A DNA stretch of 32,000 nucleotides from Thermodesulfobacteriota bacterium. GTDB taxonomy: Bacteria > Desulfobacterota > WTBG01 > JAGOGO01. Under the pieces are notes generated by a model that saw only the letters and a program-made list of their open reading frames with translations, searched no databases and was not told the origin of the DNA. The stretch spans positions 2,652,651 to 2,684,650 of the forward strand of contig CP113000.1 in NCBI GenBank assembly GCA_026625185.1. Reading direction: 5' to 3'. This document shows, in pieces, positions 17,230 through 25,626 of this stretch. The position numbers were made by a program, and so were the translations under genes. Position 1 is the stretch's first letter. The number at the start of each line of letters is the position of its first letter.

Positions 17230-17964
17230 TTAATGTTCAAAAAGGGAAAGAAATTCTGCGACAAAATTGTCCATCTCCGTTGCAATCCGCCGTATCCGGC
17301 TTAAAAAATAATTATAAGCAATAACCGATGGAATTGCCGCAAACAACCCGACTGCAGTAGCAATCAGGGCTTCCGAAATTCCGGGAGCGACTATAGCTAA
17401 ACTGGTCGCTCCTTTTAGGCCAATATTGTGGAACGATTGCATAATACCCCATACGGTGCCAAAAAGGCCGATGAACGGGGCAGAATTGCCAGTGGTCGCT
17501 AAGAAACTGAGTTTTCGTTCGAGTTGGACAATTTGGCTGCTTATCAACTGGCGTAAAATTCGTTCAATTTTTTTTAATTTCCCGGTAGTTAATAAATCCT
17601 TAAATTCGGCATCCTCAATCGTGAGGTTTAAATTTGTTCTAACCTGCTTAAGTTCGAGATATCCTGCCCGGAATAATTCAAAAATCGGGCTGTAATGAAA
17701 GGTTCTGGATTCCATATAAATTGAGGAAATATCTTTTTTTGACCAGAATACTTTTAAAAATTCGTTATTTTCTGCTTCAACTTTTTTTAAGATTCGATAT
17801 TTTAGAAAAATTATAGCCCATGAAAAGATCGAAAAGAAAAAAAGGAGCAACAGGACCAACTTAACCACTAGTCCGGCTTGAAAAATGAGTTGCAAAATCC
17901 CGCCTTGCATGCTTTGGCTTAGCTGAGCAGGTACAATTGTTGAAAAGAGATAAATTAGTTCCAT
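17230..17964 (-). CDS. tolQ: TolQ (MotA/TolQ/ExbB proton-channel protein)
   Basis: 244 aa with three TM helices. The conserved C-terminal region reads TTGNSAPFIGLFGTVWGIMQSF...IAPGISEALIATAVGLFAAIP. Confidence 0.9.
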   Translation of the reverse strand: MELIYLFSTIVPAQLSQSMQGGILQLIFQAGLVVKLVLLLLFFFSIFSWAIIFLKYRILKKVEAENNEFLKVFWSKKDISSIYMESRTFHYSPIFELFRAGYLELKQVRTNLNLTIEDAEFKDLLTTGKLKKIERILRQLISSQIVQLERKLSFLATTGNSAPFIGLFGTVWGIMQSFHNIGLKGATSLAIVAPGISEALIATAVGLFAAIPSVIAYNYFLSRIRRIATEMDNFVAEFLSLFEH

Positions 17965-18062
17965 AGGAGTGACGGTGAAAAAAACTGTTTAATTAAAGTT
18001 GAACCATAAAAGTCTGATATAACATTCTCATTTAGAATCAAATAATATCATAAATGAAATAA

Positions 18063-18090
18063 TTAATATAAAGCAAAACAACATTGTCAA
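18063..18090 (-). promoter_or_regulatory. Candidate sigma70-type promoter for tolQ
   Basis: On the minus strand, TTGACA (18090-18085) is followed by a 16-nt spacer and TATTAA (18068-18063), about 100 nt upstream of the tolQ ATG. This is sequence resemblance only. Confidence 0.3.
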
Positions 18091-18191
18091 GATAATAATT
18101 TAAAATTAAATTTAATTGGTTAGTTATAAAGAAAATAATCTGTAAATTTATATAACTTTTTGGAAAGAAATTTATACTAATAAAAAAATAC

Positions 18192-18220
18192 TTGACATAT
18201 ACAGTAGAATTTAATATTTT
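18192..18220 (+). promoter_or_regulatory. Candidate sigma70-type promoter for the M23 peptidase/bactofilin genes
   Basis: TTGACA (18192-18197) is followed by a 17-nt spacer and TATTTT (18215-18220), about 95 nt upstream of the ATG at 18317. The surrounding divergent spacer is AT-rich. Confidence 0.3.
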
Positions 18221-18316
18221 ATACACTCAGTTAAAATCCAAGCTTGCCACAAGTTACCGTATAAATAAATTTTCCATTAAAAAAGATTTTAGAAGATTTT
18301 TCCCGGAAAGAGGATA

Positions 18317-19261
18317 ATGAGGAGAAAAGTATATACTATTATCGTTTCCCCTTCCAACCTTAAACCGGCCAAACAATTTACCATCCACCGCTCAACTCTT
18401 TGGTTTATCATTTTTATCTTTCTTATCCTCCTAACTTACGGGATCCTCGGTTCAATAAAATACTATAATGACAATAAAATTTTGTCTGAGTATCTTCAGG
18501 TAAAGAAAGAAAAAGGAGAACTCGAACAAGCAAACAAAATCATTGCCCAACTAAGAAAAAAAGAAGAATTAATTAGAAAATTTCTCGGGTTGGATGCAGA
18601 CGATGCCAATGAACCTGGACAGGGAGGGCCAGGGTCGACAAGTTTTATGTTTGAAGATTTTCATCTGAATAAAAGAGTATCTCCTGTAGTGGAACGTTCT
18701 TTGAATTTAGAGAAAGAAACCTTTTTATCGCCTTCCTATAAGGAGGCGATTCTTCTTGACTGCGACCTGCAGGAGCTTATTGATTTTTTAAAAAATCAGA
18801 GAGATGAGTTCGCCACGCTTCCTACTATCGCACCGATATCTGTTTTAGAATCCTGGATTACTTCCGGGTTTGGAATGCGTAAAAGTCCTTTTACCGGACT
18901 AAGAGAATTCCACTCCGGTTTAGATATTTTTGCTATGCGGGGGACTCCTGTCATCGCGCCGGGCAACGGAAGTGTATGTTTTGTGGGGTCGAATGGCGGG
19001 TTGGGAAAAATGATTATCATTAGACACAATAACCAGTATCAAACTGTTTACGGTCACCTTTCCGGTTATAACGTTAAGTTGAACCAAGTTGTTAAACGAG
19101 GTGATTGTATTGGCCTTGTGGGGAGAACGGGAAACTCGACCGGATATCACCTCCATTATGAAATCCAAAAAAAAGGTAAGGCTGTTGACCCGTTTGCCTA
19201 TCTTCTTAATTGGGACGATAGACACTTTCTTGTTTCTAAAAACAATTTTTTCATGGAGTGA
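18317..19261 (+). CDS. M23-family (LytM-domain) metallo-endopeptidase, membrane-anchored with a coiled coil
   Basis: 314 aa. It has an N-terminal TM helix and a coiled-coil segment. The intact catalytic motifs are HxxxD (FHSGLDI) and HxH (GYHLHYEI). Confidence 0.88.
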   Translation: MRRKVYTIIVSPSNLKPAKQFTIHRSTLWFIIFIFLILLTYGILGSIKYYNDNKILSEYLQVKKEKGELEQANKIIAQLRKKEELIRKFLGLDADDANEPGQGGPGSTSFMFEDFHLNKRVSPVVERSLNLEKETFLSPSYKEAILLDCDLQELIDFLKNQRDEFATLPTIAPISVLESWITSGFGMRKSPFTGLREFHSGLDIFAMRGTPVIAPGNGSVCFVGSNGGLGKMIIIRHNNQYQTVYGHLSGYNVKLNQVVKRGDCIGLVGRTGNSTGYHLHYEIQKKGKAVDPFAYLLNWDDRHFLVSKNNFFME

Positions 19262-19315
19262 CTCTATCTAACAATTTCAGGCCAGACATCTTTTTTTATT
19301 TTAAAAAGGAAGTTA

Positions 19316-19768
19316 ATGAGCATTTTTAAAAAAAGGTCTGATAACGGTAACGCAAATTCCCTGACAGTGATAGGGAATAAAACTTTTTTTGAGGGGCGGA
19401 TTAAGGCTTATGACCTAATCCGCATTGATGGAACTATTAAAGGGAATATTGAATGTCAGGGGGTATTAGAAGTCGGCATTAAGGGAAAGATCGAGGCGGA
19501 TATTGTAGCGGATAGCGTCCTTATCGGTGGAGAAGTGATCGGAAATATACTGGCCAAAAATCGCCTTGAGATTGCCTCAGGGGGCAAAGTTCGCGGTGAC
19601 ATTGTAACCGCTCATTTAATTATTAATGATGGAGTAGTTTTTGACGGTTCTTGCCAAATGATGACTGATGAAAAGGATAAACAGTTCACGAGCAAAAAAG
19701 AAAATATTTTAAATGAAACCACGTTAAAAGTTTTTCCTAAAGATTCTAAAAATAAAAATTGTCAATAG
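19316..19768 (+). CDS. Bactofilin (DUF583, CcmA-like polymer-forming cytoskeletal protein)
   Basis: 150 aa. It shows the repetitive beta-helix pattern IDGTIKGNIECQGVLEVGIKGKIEADIVADSVLIGGEVIGNILAKNRLEIASGGKVRGDIVTAHLIINDGVVFDG. Confidence 0.85.
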   Translation: MSIFKKRSDNGNANSLTVIGNKTFFEGRIKAYDLIRIDGTIKGNIECQGVLEVGIKGKIEADIVADSVLIGGEVIGNILAKNRLEIASGGKVRGDIVTAHLIINDGVVFDGSCQMMTDEKDKQFTSKKENILNETTLKVFPKDSKNKNCQ

Positions 19769-19995
19769 CCATCTTGCAACGTACTATTATTTCAAAAAGT
19801 TAAATTATAATTACGGTTGAACACATAGGGTATTCCTAAAACTATTTTTCAACACGTCAATTGTTATTCCAAATTACTCATTTTAAGAATATATTTTTTA
19901 TAATCTATTGGTAAAGGTGTCCATTATTTCGGATGCCTTTTTGGTTTAGCGATCCATTGATCTGCCAACAAAAAAGATAGTTAGTTCTAAAAAAT

Positions 19996-20469
19996 ATGAG
20001 ATACGTTGTTGGTGTGGGTGATATGAAAATTGGAAGAGCAGGGGATATATTGGTTACCCATGGTTTGGGAAGTTGTCTGGGGCTTATGCTCTATGATCCT
20101 GTTGTCAAGGTTGGCGGGATGTTACACGCGATGCTCCCCCTTTCTTCGGTTAATCCTCAAAAAGCCGAGAGTAATCCGTTTATGTTTGTTGATACGGGTG
20201 TTCGTCTATTGTTTAAAGAAATGTATGCTTTTGGGGGAGAAAAAAATAGGATGAAGGTGAAAGCAGTAGGATGCAGTCAACCGGCTGATAAAAACGAACT
20301 GTTTAGAATCGGTGAAAGGAATTACACGATATTAAGAAAACTTCTCTGGAAAAATAGCGTTCTTTTAGAAGCGGAAGATATTGGGGGAACAATAAGCCGC
20401 ACCGTGTTTTTTGAAATCAGCAGCGGACGCACGGTGATTGTGTCTGCGGGAAATGAAAGGCTTCTGTGA
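19996..20469 (+). CDS. cheD: Chemoreceptor glutamine deamidase CheD
   Basis: 157 aa. The CheD signature is THGLGSCLGLMLYDP...GGMLHAMLP, with the catalytic Cys and His both present. Confidence 0.85.
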   Translation: MRYVVGVGDMKIGRAGDILVTHGLGSCLGLMLYDPVVKVGGMLHAMLPLSSVNPQKAESNPFMFVDTGVRLLFKEMYAFGGEKNRMKVKAVGCSQPADKNELFRIGERNYTILRKLLWKNSVLLEAEDIGGTISRTVFFEISSGRTVIVSAGNERLL

Positions 20470-20535
20470 TGTAAAGAAAGATCAGGGAGGATGCATTGAG
20501 TGAAAAAAAACCAACAATAAAAGAGGAGTTTAAAT

Positions 20536-20919
20536 GTGGCGATTAATTTTTTAATTGTTGATGATAGTAGTGTCATGAGGAGCATGATCGCCAAAGCTCT
20601 CCAGATGAGCGGTATAGACCTGGGTGCAATCCATCAAGCGGGTAACGGAAAGGAAGGTCTTGATAAATTAGACGAACATGTCGTCGATCTGGCAATTGTT
20701 GATATTACTATGCCGGTGATGAACGGCGAAGAAATGATCGATTGTATGAGAAGCCGGTCCGATACCAACCAGATCCCGGTAATCGTTATCTCTAATGAAG
20801 GAAGCGAAGCGAGGATCGAACGCTTAAAAGAAAAAAAGGCTTGGTTTATTCACAAACCTTTCACCCCGGAACGGATCCGCGATGTCATAAATGAACTTGT
20901 TGGAAGGCAGAATGCCTGA
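20536..20919 (+). CDS. cheY: Single-domain response regulator (CheY-like receiver)
   Basis: 127 aa with a GTG start 7 nt after aagaggag. The receiver residues present are the DD pair (IVDDS), the phospho-acceptor context (AIVDITMP), the S/T position (VISNEG) and the conserved Lys (HKPF). Confidence 0.85.
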   Translation: MAINFLIVDDSSVMRSMIAKALQMSGIDLGAIHQAGNGKEGLDKLDEHVVDLAIVDITMPVMNGEEMIDCMRSRSDTNQIPVIVISNEGSEARIERLKEKKAWFIHKPFTPERIRDVINELVGRQNA

Positions 20920-21190
20920 GCGACTCAATGAAATTCTCTACCGGGTAGAGGAAGAAATATTAGAGTCATTGGCTTTTCTGTTCCTCGTTTTAGATGAGGA
21001 AAGAAAAAAGATAAGTAATGTTTTTGTGTGGGGCGCAAGCATTTCATTCGGGGGCCCTTTTTTCGGTCGACTGATGATGATTGCTTCAGAAATAATTTTT
21101 ACCGGATTGGTCAAAAACATGTTTGGCTTAGACGCTGGTGAAGAAATATCTTTGGATCAGCAACTCGATGCACTCATTATTGATTTATAG
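20891..21190 (+). CDS. Short CheX/CheC-like protein, apparently C-terminally truncated
   Basis: 99 aa, or 92 aa from the ATG at 20912. It overlaps the cheY 3' end. The segment VWGASISFGGPFFGRLMMIASEIIFTGLVKNMFGLDAGEEISLDQQLDAL resembles the CheX-family core up to the DAxxE-xN motif. The ORF then stops, and all frames are closed downstream. The family assignment is tentative. Confidence 0.4.
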   Translation: MNLLEGRMPERLNEILYRVEEEILESLAFLFLVLDEERKKISNVFVWGASISFGGPFFGRLMMIASEIIFTGLVKNMFGLDAGEEISLDQQLDALIIDL

Positions 21191-21262
21191 CTTTAATAAC
21201 GGTAAAATAATTTTAAAGTTTTAAAATGGTAACATTTTAACTCTTTAAAAACGGAGGGAGTT

Positions 21263-22708
21263 ATGAAAAAATATGATCGAGAGTGTGAGGTAGTAGTTGT
21301 TGGTTCAGGTATGGGGGGTATGACCTGTGCGCTGGCCTTAGCCAGGAAAGGAAAGAAGGTAGAGATTATAGAACAAGGTTCCAAATTTGGTGGCTATCTT
21401 AGTTATTTTAAGAGAGATAATTTTTTATTCGAAGCTTATCTTCATGTCTTTGGCGATTGCGAAAAAGGTGGACTTATGTATGATCTCTTGGGAGAACTGG
21501 GTTTACGTGATAAGATTAAATTCTCTAGAATTGACTATACACTTTTTACTCCTAAGGGACCGGTCATTTTTCCAAGGAATTCGGACGAGATAATCAAAGC
21601 GCTTTCGCCACTATTTCCAGGTGAGGACCAAGGGCTTAAAAACCTCCTAAACACCATGAAGACCATTTATAATGATTTTTTAAAGCTCCCTTCTCCTTCA
21701 CCAGTTCTAGAAAGATATAAGGATAAGACCTGTAAAGAGTTGCTTGATGAATTTCTGAAAAATGAGGAGCTAAAGAATCTGCTTATGGGAGCCTGGCTAT
21801 ATATTCTGATGCCTCCCTCGAAGACCTCGGCGATAATGATCTCCGTATTAATGATGATTTACCTTCTTTCACAGGGAGGTTTTTTCCCTCAAGGGGGAAG
21901 CAAGGCGGTAGTAGAAGCCTTCTCAAAGGAATTAGAGAAAGATCAAACCCGCATGACACTTAAAACCAAGGTCACTAAGATCATAGTTGAAAATGGCAGG
22001 GCGGTTGGAGTGGAGACAGAAAAGGGTGAAAGAATAAGGGCTGACTTTGTGGTTTCTAATGCTGCAGCAAGACAAACCTTCTTAGATTTGGTGGGAGAAA
22101 AGGAACTTGCTATTGACTTTGTAACCGATCTTAAACAAAAAGAACTTTCTCTATCGAGTTTCGTGGTCTTTCTCGGTGTAGAAATGGATTTAGAAAAATT
22201 AAACCTTACTCATCAGATCTTTGTGAATACTTCGACCAAGACCTTTGACGAGGCTTATGAGAATGTTTTAAAGGGTGAGATTGGTGATTACATAACAATA
22301 ACGATTCCAACCATAGGCGATCCCGGTCTTGCACCAGGGAAAAATAAGCACAGCCTGACCATCTGGACCATTGCTCCTTACCATCTTGAAGGTAAGGACT
22401 GGAAAGTCGAGAGGGAGAAAATAGCTGACAAGATTATAAGAAAAGCTGAAGAAGTGATTCCAGATCTTTCCAAACACATTTTAGTAAAGAATATAGCCAC
22501 CCCCCTCACTTTGGAAAAATTCACATTAAATACCGAGGGAGCAACTGTTGGATGGATACAAACACGGGAGACAGTCTTTGGGCGACCTCAGCAAAAATCT
22601 CCGATTGAGAATCTTTACTTGACCGGACACTGGACTATGCCTGGGGAAGGTCATATGCTGACAGCTAAGTCAGGAATCGATGCAGCCAAATTGATCCTCA
22701 GCAGGTGA
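21263..22708 (+). CDS. FAD/NAD(P)-dependent oxidoreductase, phytoene-desaturase (CrtI/COG1233)-like
   Basis: 481 aa. The N-terminal Rossmann dinucleotide motif is VVVVGSGMGGMTCALALARKGKKVEIIEQGSKFGG, and the C-terminal FAD-contact region is NLYLTGHWTMPGEG. The substrate cannot be inferred. Confidence 0.8.
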   Translation: MKKYDRECEVVVVGSGMGGMTCALALARKGKKVEIIEQGSKFGGYLSYFKRDNFLFEAYLHVFGDCEKGGLMYDLLGELGLRDKIKFSRIDYTLFTPKGPVIFPRNSDEIIKALSPLFPGEDQGLKNLLNTMKTIYNDFLKLPSPSPVLERYKDKTCKELLDEFLKNEELKNLLMGAWLYILMPPSKTSAIMISVLMMIYLLSQGGFFPQGGSKAVVEAFSKELEKDQTRMTLKTKVTKIIVENGRAVGVETEKGERIRADFVVSNAAARQTFLDLVGEKELAIDFVTDLKQKELSLSSFVVFLGVEMDLEKLNLTHQIFVNTSTKTFDEAYENVLKGEIGDYITITIPTIGDPGLAPGKNKHSLTIWTIAPYHLEGKDWKVEREKIADKIIRKAEEVIPDLSKHILVKNIATPLTLEKFTLNTEGATVGWIQTRETVFGRPQQKSPIENLYLTGHWTMPGEGHMLTAKSGIDAAKLILSR

Positions 22709-22928
22709 TCTCGAAAAAACCCAGCTAACTAACCTCTGCAAAGAAACTATGTCATAATCTTCGATTTAACATAGCTTTTCAAAAACGGGGATTAGTTACT
22801 AAACCTCTGGGTGGAGATAGAAGTATTGCTTCCGGGAATATACCTGACATTAGTCTCTCAATGGAGTCTTTAGTATTAACTGTTGAGTGAACAAAATCAA
22901 AAAAGGCAGGACGGCCAAAAGAGCAGAG

Positions 22929-23864
22929 ATGATAAAAATACTGAAAGTGTCCTCACAAGTTCCAATTTTGGTCTCGATATTTTCTTTTCTTTTGTTGCCT
23001 ATGACGGCCCATGCTATTGGTGATATTCATTTATATGCCATGCCGGGTCAGTGGGCTCAGGATCTTCCAACTTCTTGGATTGGAAACTTACATGTTCGTT
23101 ATTTCAGTTTCGATAGAGCCTTCGACCGAGACGGTGATAAGATACATACCACCGGAGTTTACGGATTCCAGCTTATCTGGAAATTAGGCCATGTTCAGCG
23201 CTTAAGTGATCAATGGTCGCTAACAAATGTGGTCATAGGTGCAAGAGCAAAGGTTAAAACGCGGATTCCGGGGGAGAGACATATAAGCAGTTCTGGTATG
23301 GGTGACTGGCTAACCACAAATTACGTTGGTTGGCATAATAAAGCTAACAATCTCCACATTGGGACAGGTTTTACCTTATTGATTCCTGTAGGCGATTACA
23401 ATAAAGGTCACCAAATCAATATAGGTGAAAACCGCTGGAAACTATATCTGCCATTCTTGATGGTACAATATAGACTCCCGGTTTTTGATGGTCTATTTTT
23501 AATAGAACTTTGTTGTAATATTGAAACGAGGTTCAAAAATAAGGATACTGGCTGGGACGACCACGATCTTTCGGAATGGAATTTCATTTTTACCTACTAT
23601 CCATCGAGAGAAACAAGAAAGCTTGGCTTTTTTGTACAACCTGACCTTCAACTGGCCATTAATGAATCTGAACTACACGGAAAAGGACAGGATGATGGTG
23701 ATTTTTTCACTTTTGGAGGTTCGTTAGGTGTCATATATGCCCTTAAACCTCATTGCATACTCAACCTAAAATACACTCAAGAGTTAATAGGAAGAGAACT
23801 TATTAATGGCACACCACCACCAGAGGTAAAAGCAGTCCATTTTATGTTGGCATACATTTTCTGA
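22929..23864 (+). CDS. Putative outer-membrane beta-barrel protein (possibly of the MetA/phenol-degradation-like transporter family)
   Basis: From the ATG at 22929 there is a signal peptide, MIKILKVSSQVPILVSIFSFLLLPMTAHA. The body has an alternating amphipathic, aromatic-rich pattern and ends in a C-terminal aromatic residue (...MLAYIF). The ORF track starts at a GTG at 22887. The family call is tentative. Confidence 0.5.
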   Translation: MIKILKVSSQVPILVSIFSFLLLPMTAHAIGDIHLYAMPGQWAQDLPTSWIGNLHVRYFSFDRAFDRDGDKIHTTGVYGFQLIWKLGHVQRLSDQWSLTNVVIGARAKVKTRIPGERHISSSGMGDWLTTNYVGWHNKANNLHIGTGFTLLIPVGDYNKGHQINIGENRWKLYLPFLMVQYRLPVFDGLFLIELCCNIETRFKNKDTGWDDHDLSEWNFIFTYYPSRETRKLGFFVQPDLQLAINESELHGKGQDDGDFFTFGGSLGVIYALKPHCILNLKYTQELIGRELINGTPPPEVKAVHFMLAYIF

Positions 23865-23917
23865 GGATTTCAAACTTTGCTTAATTTCCCTATTTAATTA
23901 CTCTCCAGCCTATCTCA

Positions 23918-24022
23918 TCAGCCAACCTGCACAACGAACGGGTTCTTTCGGTTTATCATCTGTTCTAAACGGGATTGAAATAAATCTTTTTGTCCGCTTG
24001 ATTTCATCTTTTTCGGCTTCAT
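23918..24022 (-). mobile_element. Second IS5-family transposase 5' stub (34 codons)
   Basis: The minus-strand translation is MKPKKMKSSGQKDLFQSRLEQMINRKNPFVVQVG*. This matches the extreme N-terminus typical of DUF772/IS5-family transposases (MKPKK...GQxDLFxSRLxQxIN). The rest of the gene is absent. The stub is not in the supplied ORF track because it is too short. Confidence 0.5.
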
Positions 24023-24134
24023 AACTCACCAGCTTTTGAAGGATTATTAACCTTTTTCTGGTGATTATGCCATACAATTTGCCTAAATAAAAACAAATAA
24101 ATCAATTGGTTGAAAGTTTTTCAGGGACGACTAA

Positions 24135-25379
24135 TTATAAGCTTTCAATCACCGCAGAAGCGAATTCTGAGCACTTTAATTTTTTCGCTCCGGTCATCTG
24201 ACGTTCAAGATCGTAGGTAACGGTTTTGTTTTGGATAGTTTTTTCTAACGCCTTGATAATACTATCGGCTGCGTCCTTCCATCCCAAATGTTCAAGCATC
24301 ATCACTCCGGCGAGCATTAGGGAGCTCGGATTTACCATATCCTGGTTGGCATACTTTGGAGCGGTTCCATGAGTAGCCTCGAAAACAGCCGCTTCCGAGC
24401 CGATATTAGCGCTGGGCGCCAAGCCAAGGCCACCCACCTGGGCAGCTAAAGCATCCGACATATAATCACCATTAAGATTAGGCATGGCTAATACGGAATA
24501 ATCTTCGGGCCGCAGGAGAATCTGCTGAAACATAGCATCGGCAATTCGGTCTTTCATGATTATTTTTCCTGATGGTATTTTCCCATGGTAGTAAGTAAAG
24601 AGTTCATTTTCAGTGATCGTAAATTCTCCAAACTCCTCTTTGGCCACTTCGTATCCCCAGTCTCGAAAAGCGCCTTCTGTATATTTCATGATGTTTCCTT
24701 TATGGACCAGGGTAACGCTCGGCAGTTGATTTTTAAGGGCATATTTTATTGCGAGTCGTACCAAACGTTTGGTTCCAAAAATACTGATCGGTTTTATCCC
24801 GATTCCCGAGTCATCCCGAATAGCGGCTCCCATATTTTCTTTTAGAAAGGAGATAATCTTTTTACATTCCAAAGTATTGACTGACCATTCGATCCCTGCA
24901 TAGACATCTTCAGTATTTTCACGGAAAATGACCATGTTTACTTTTTCCGGATTTTTTACCGGACTGGGCACACCGGAAAAATAACGGGAAGGTCGAACGG
25001 CAGCATAAAGATCTAAAGCCTGCCGAATCGAGACATTTAAACTTCGAATTCCTCCTCCAACAGGAGTGGTGAGCGGCCCTTTAAGCGCAACTTTATATGC
25101 TCGAATAGCGTCAATTGTTTCTTCTGGGAGCCATTCGTTGAATTTTTTTTTCGCTTTCTCGCCGGCGAATACTTCCATCCAGTAAATCTTTTTTTTAGCT
25201 CCATAAGATTTTTTAACTGCTGCTTCTAATAGTCGGGCTGTGGCTTTCCAGATATCCGGGCCAATGCCGTCGCCTTCAATAAATGGAATGATGGGGTGAT
25301 CCGGGACATTAATTTCCCCATTTTTAAACAATATTTTAGAACCTTCTGTGGGAACGTTAATAAACTTATAATTCATCAC
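24135..25379 (-). CDS. icd: NADP-dependent isocitrate dehydrogenase
   Basis: 414 aa, collinear with the E. coli-type Icd: [55 protein letters not shown] and [11 protein letters not shown]. Confidence 0.93.
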   Translation of the reverse strand: MMNYKFINVPTEGSKILFKNGEINVPDHPIIPFIEGDGIGPDIWKATARLLEAAVKKSYGAKKKIYWMEVFAGEKAKKKFNEWLPEETIDAIRAYKVALKGPLTTPVGGGIRSLNVSIRQALDLYAAVRPSRYFSGVPSPVKNPEKVNMVIFRENTEDVYAGIEWSVNTLECKKIISFLKENMGAAIRDDSGIGIKPISIFGTKRLVRLAIKYALKNQLPSVTLVHKGNIMKYTEGAFRDWGYEVAKEEFGEFTITENELFTYYHGKIPSGKIIMKDRIADAMFQQILLRPEDYSVLAMPNLNGDYMSDALAAQVGGLGLAPSANIGSEAAVFEATHGTAPKYANQDMVNPSSLMLAGVMMLEHLGWKDAADSIIKALEKTIQNKTVTYDLERQMTGAKKLKCSEFASAVIESL

Positions 25380-25519
25380 GCGGCCTCGATTAGTGAGATA
25401 ATTTTCTGAAAATGTTATTTCTCGTTATTATTGAATCCCCAGGTTTTCGGGGTGTTATCGAAAGAAAAGATTAAAATCCAATGTGATATCAAATCAAAAT
25501 CTCTATTTCTTTGATTTTA

Positions 25520-25548
25520 TTGACAATCTCAAAAATTTACAGTACATT
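25520..25548 (+). promoter_or_regulatory. Candidate sigma70-type promoter upstream of the rpoH-like gene
   Basis: TTGACA (25520-25525) is followed by a 17-nt spacer and TACATT (25543-25548), about 80 nt upstream of the start codon. This is sequence resemblance only. Confidence 0.4.
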
Positions 25549-25626
25549 GGAAAACTAGGTTAGAAAAATTTATTTGTGTCACTCCATTGTAACAAATAAC
25601 GTGGTAAAAATAAATGAAGTTTTTTG

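Noticed and set aside
18038-18226. A 62-aa minus-strand ORF in the tolQ/M23 divergent spacer.
   Set aside because: The DNA here is extremely AT-rich and promoter-like. The translation is Ile/Asn/Tyr/Phe-rich as expected by chance, there is no RBS, and it overlaps the candidate promoters.
19912-19938. A sigma-28 (FliA)-like promoter upstream of cheD (TAAAGGTG ... tcggatgc).
   Set aside because: The -35-like half is reasonable, but the -10-like half matches GCCGATAA at only about half its positions and the spacing is off by 1-2 nt. This is too weak to call.
22725-22810. A direct repeat CTAACTAACCTCTG / TTACTAAACCTCTG, and a CTATGT/ACATAG inverted repeat, in the spacer after the flavoprotein gene.
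   Set aside because: These are short, imperfect matches in a 180-nt spacer. They are plausible by chance, and there is no supporting context such as attachment sites or an integrase.
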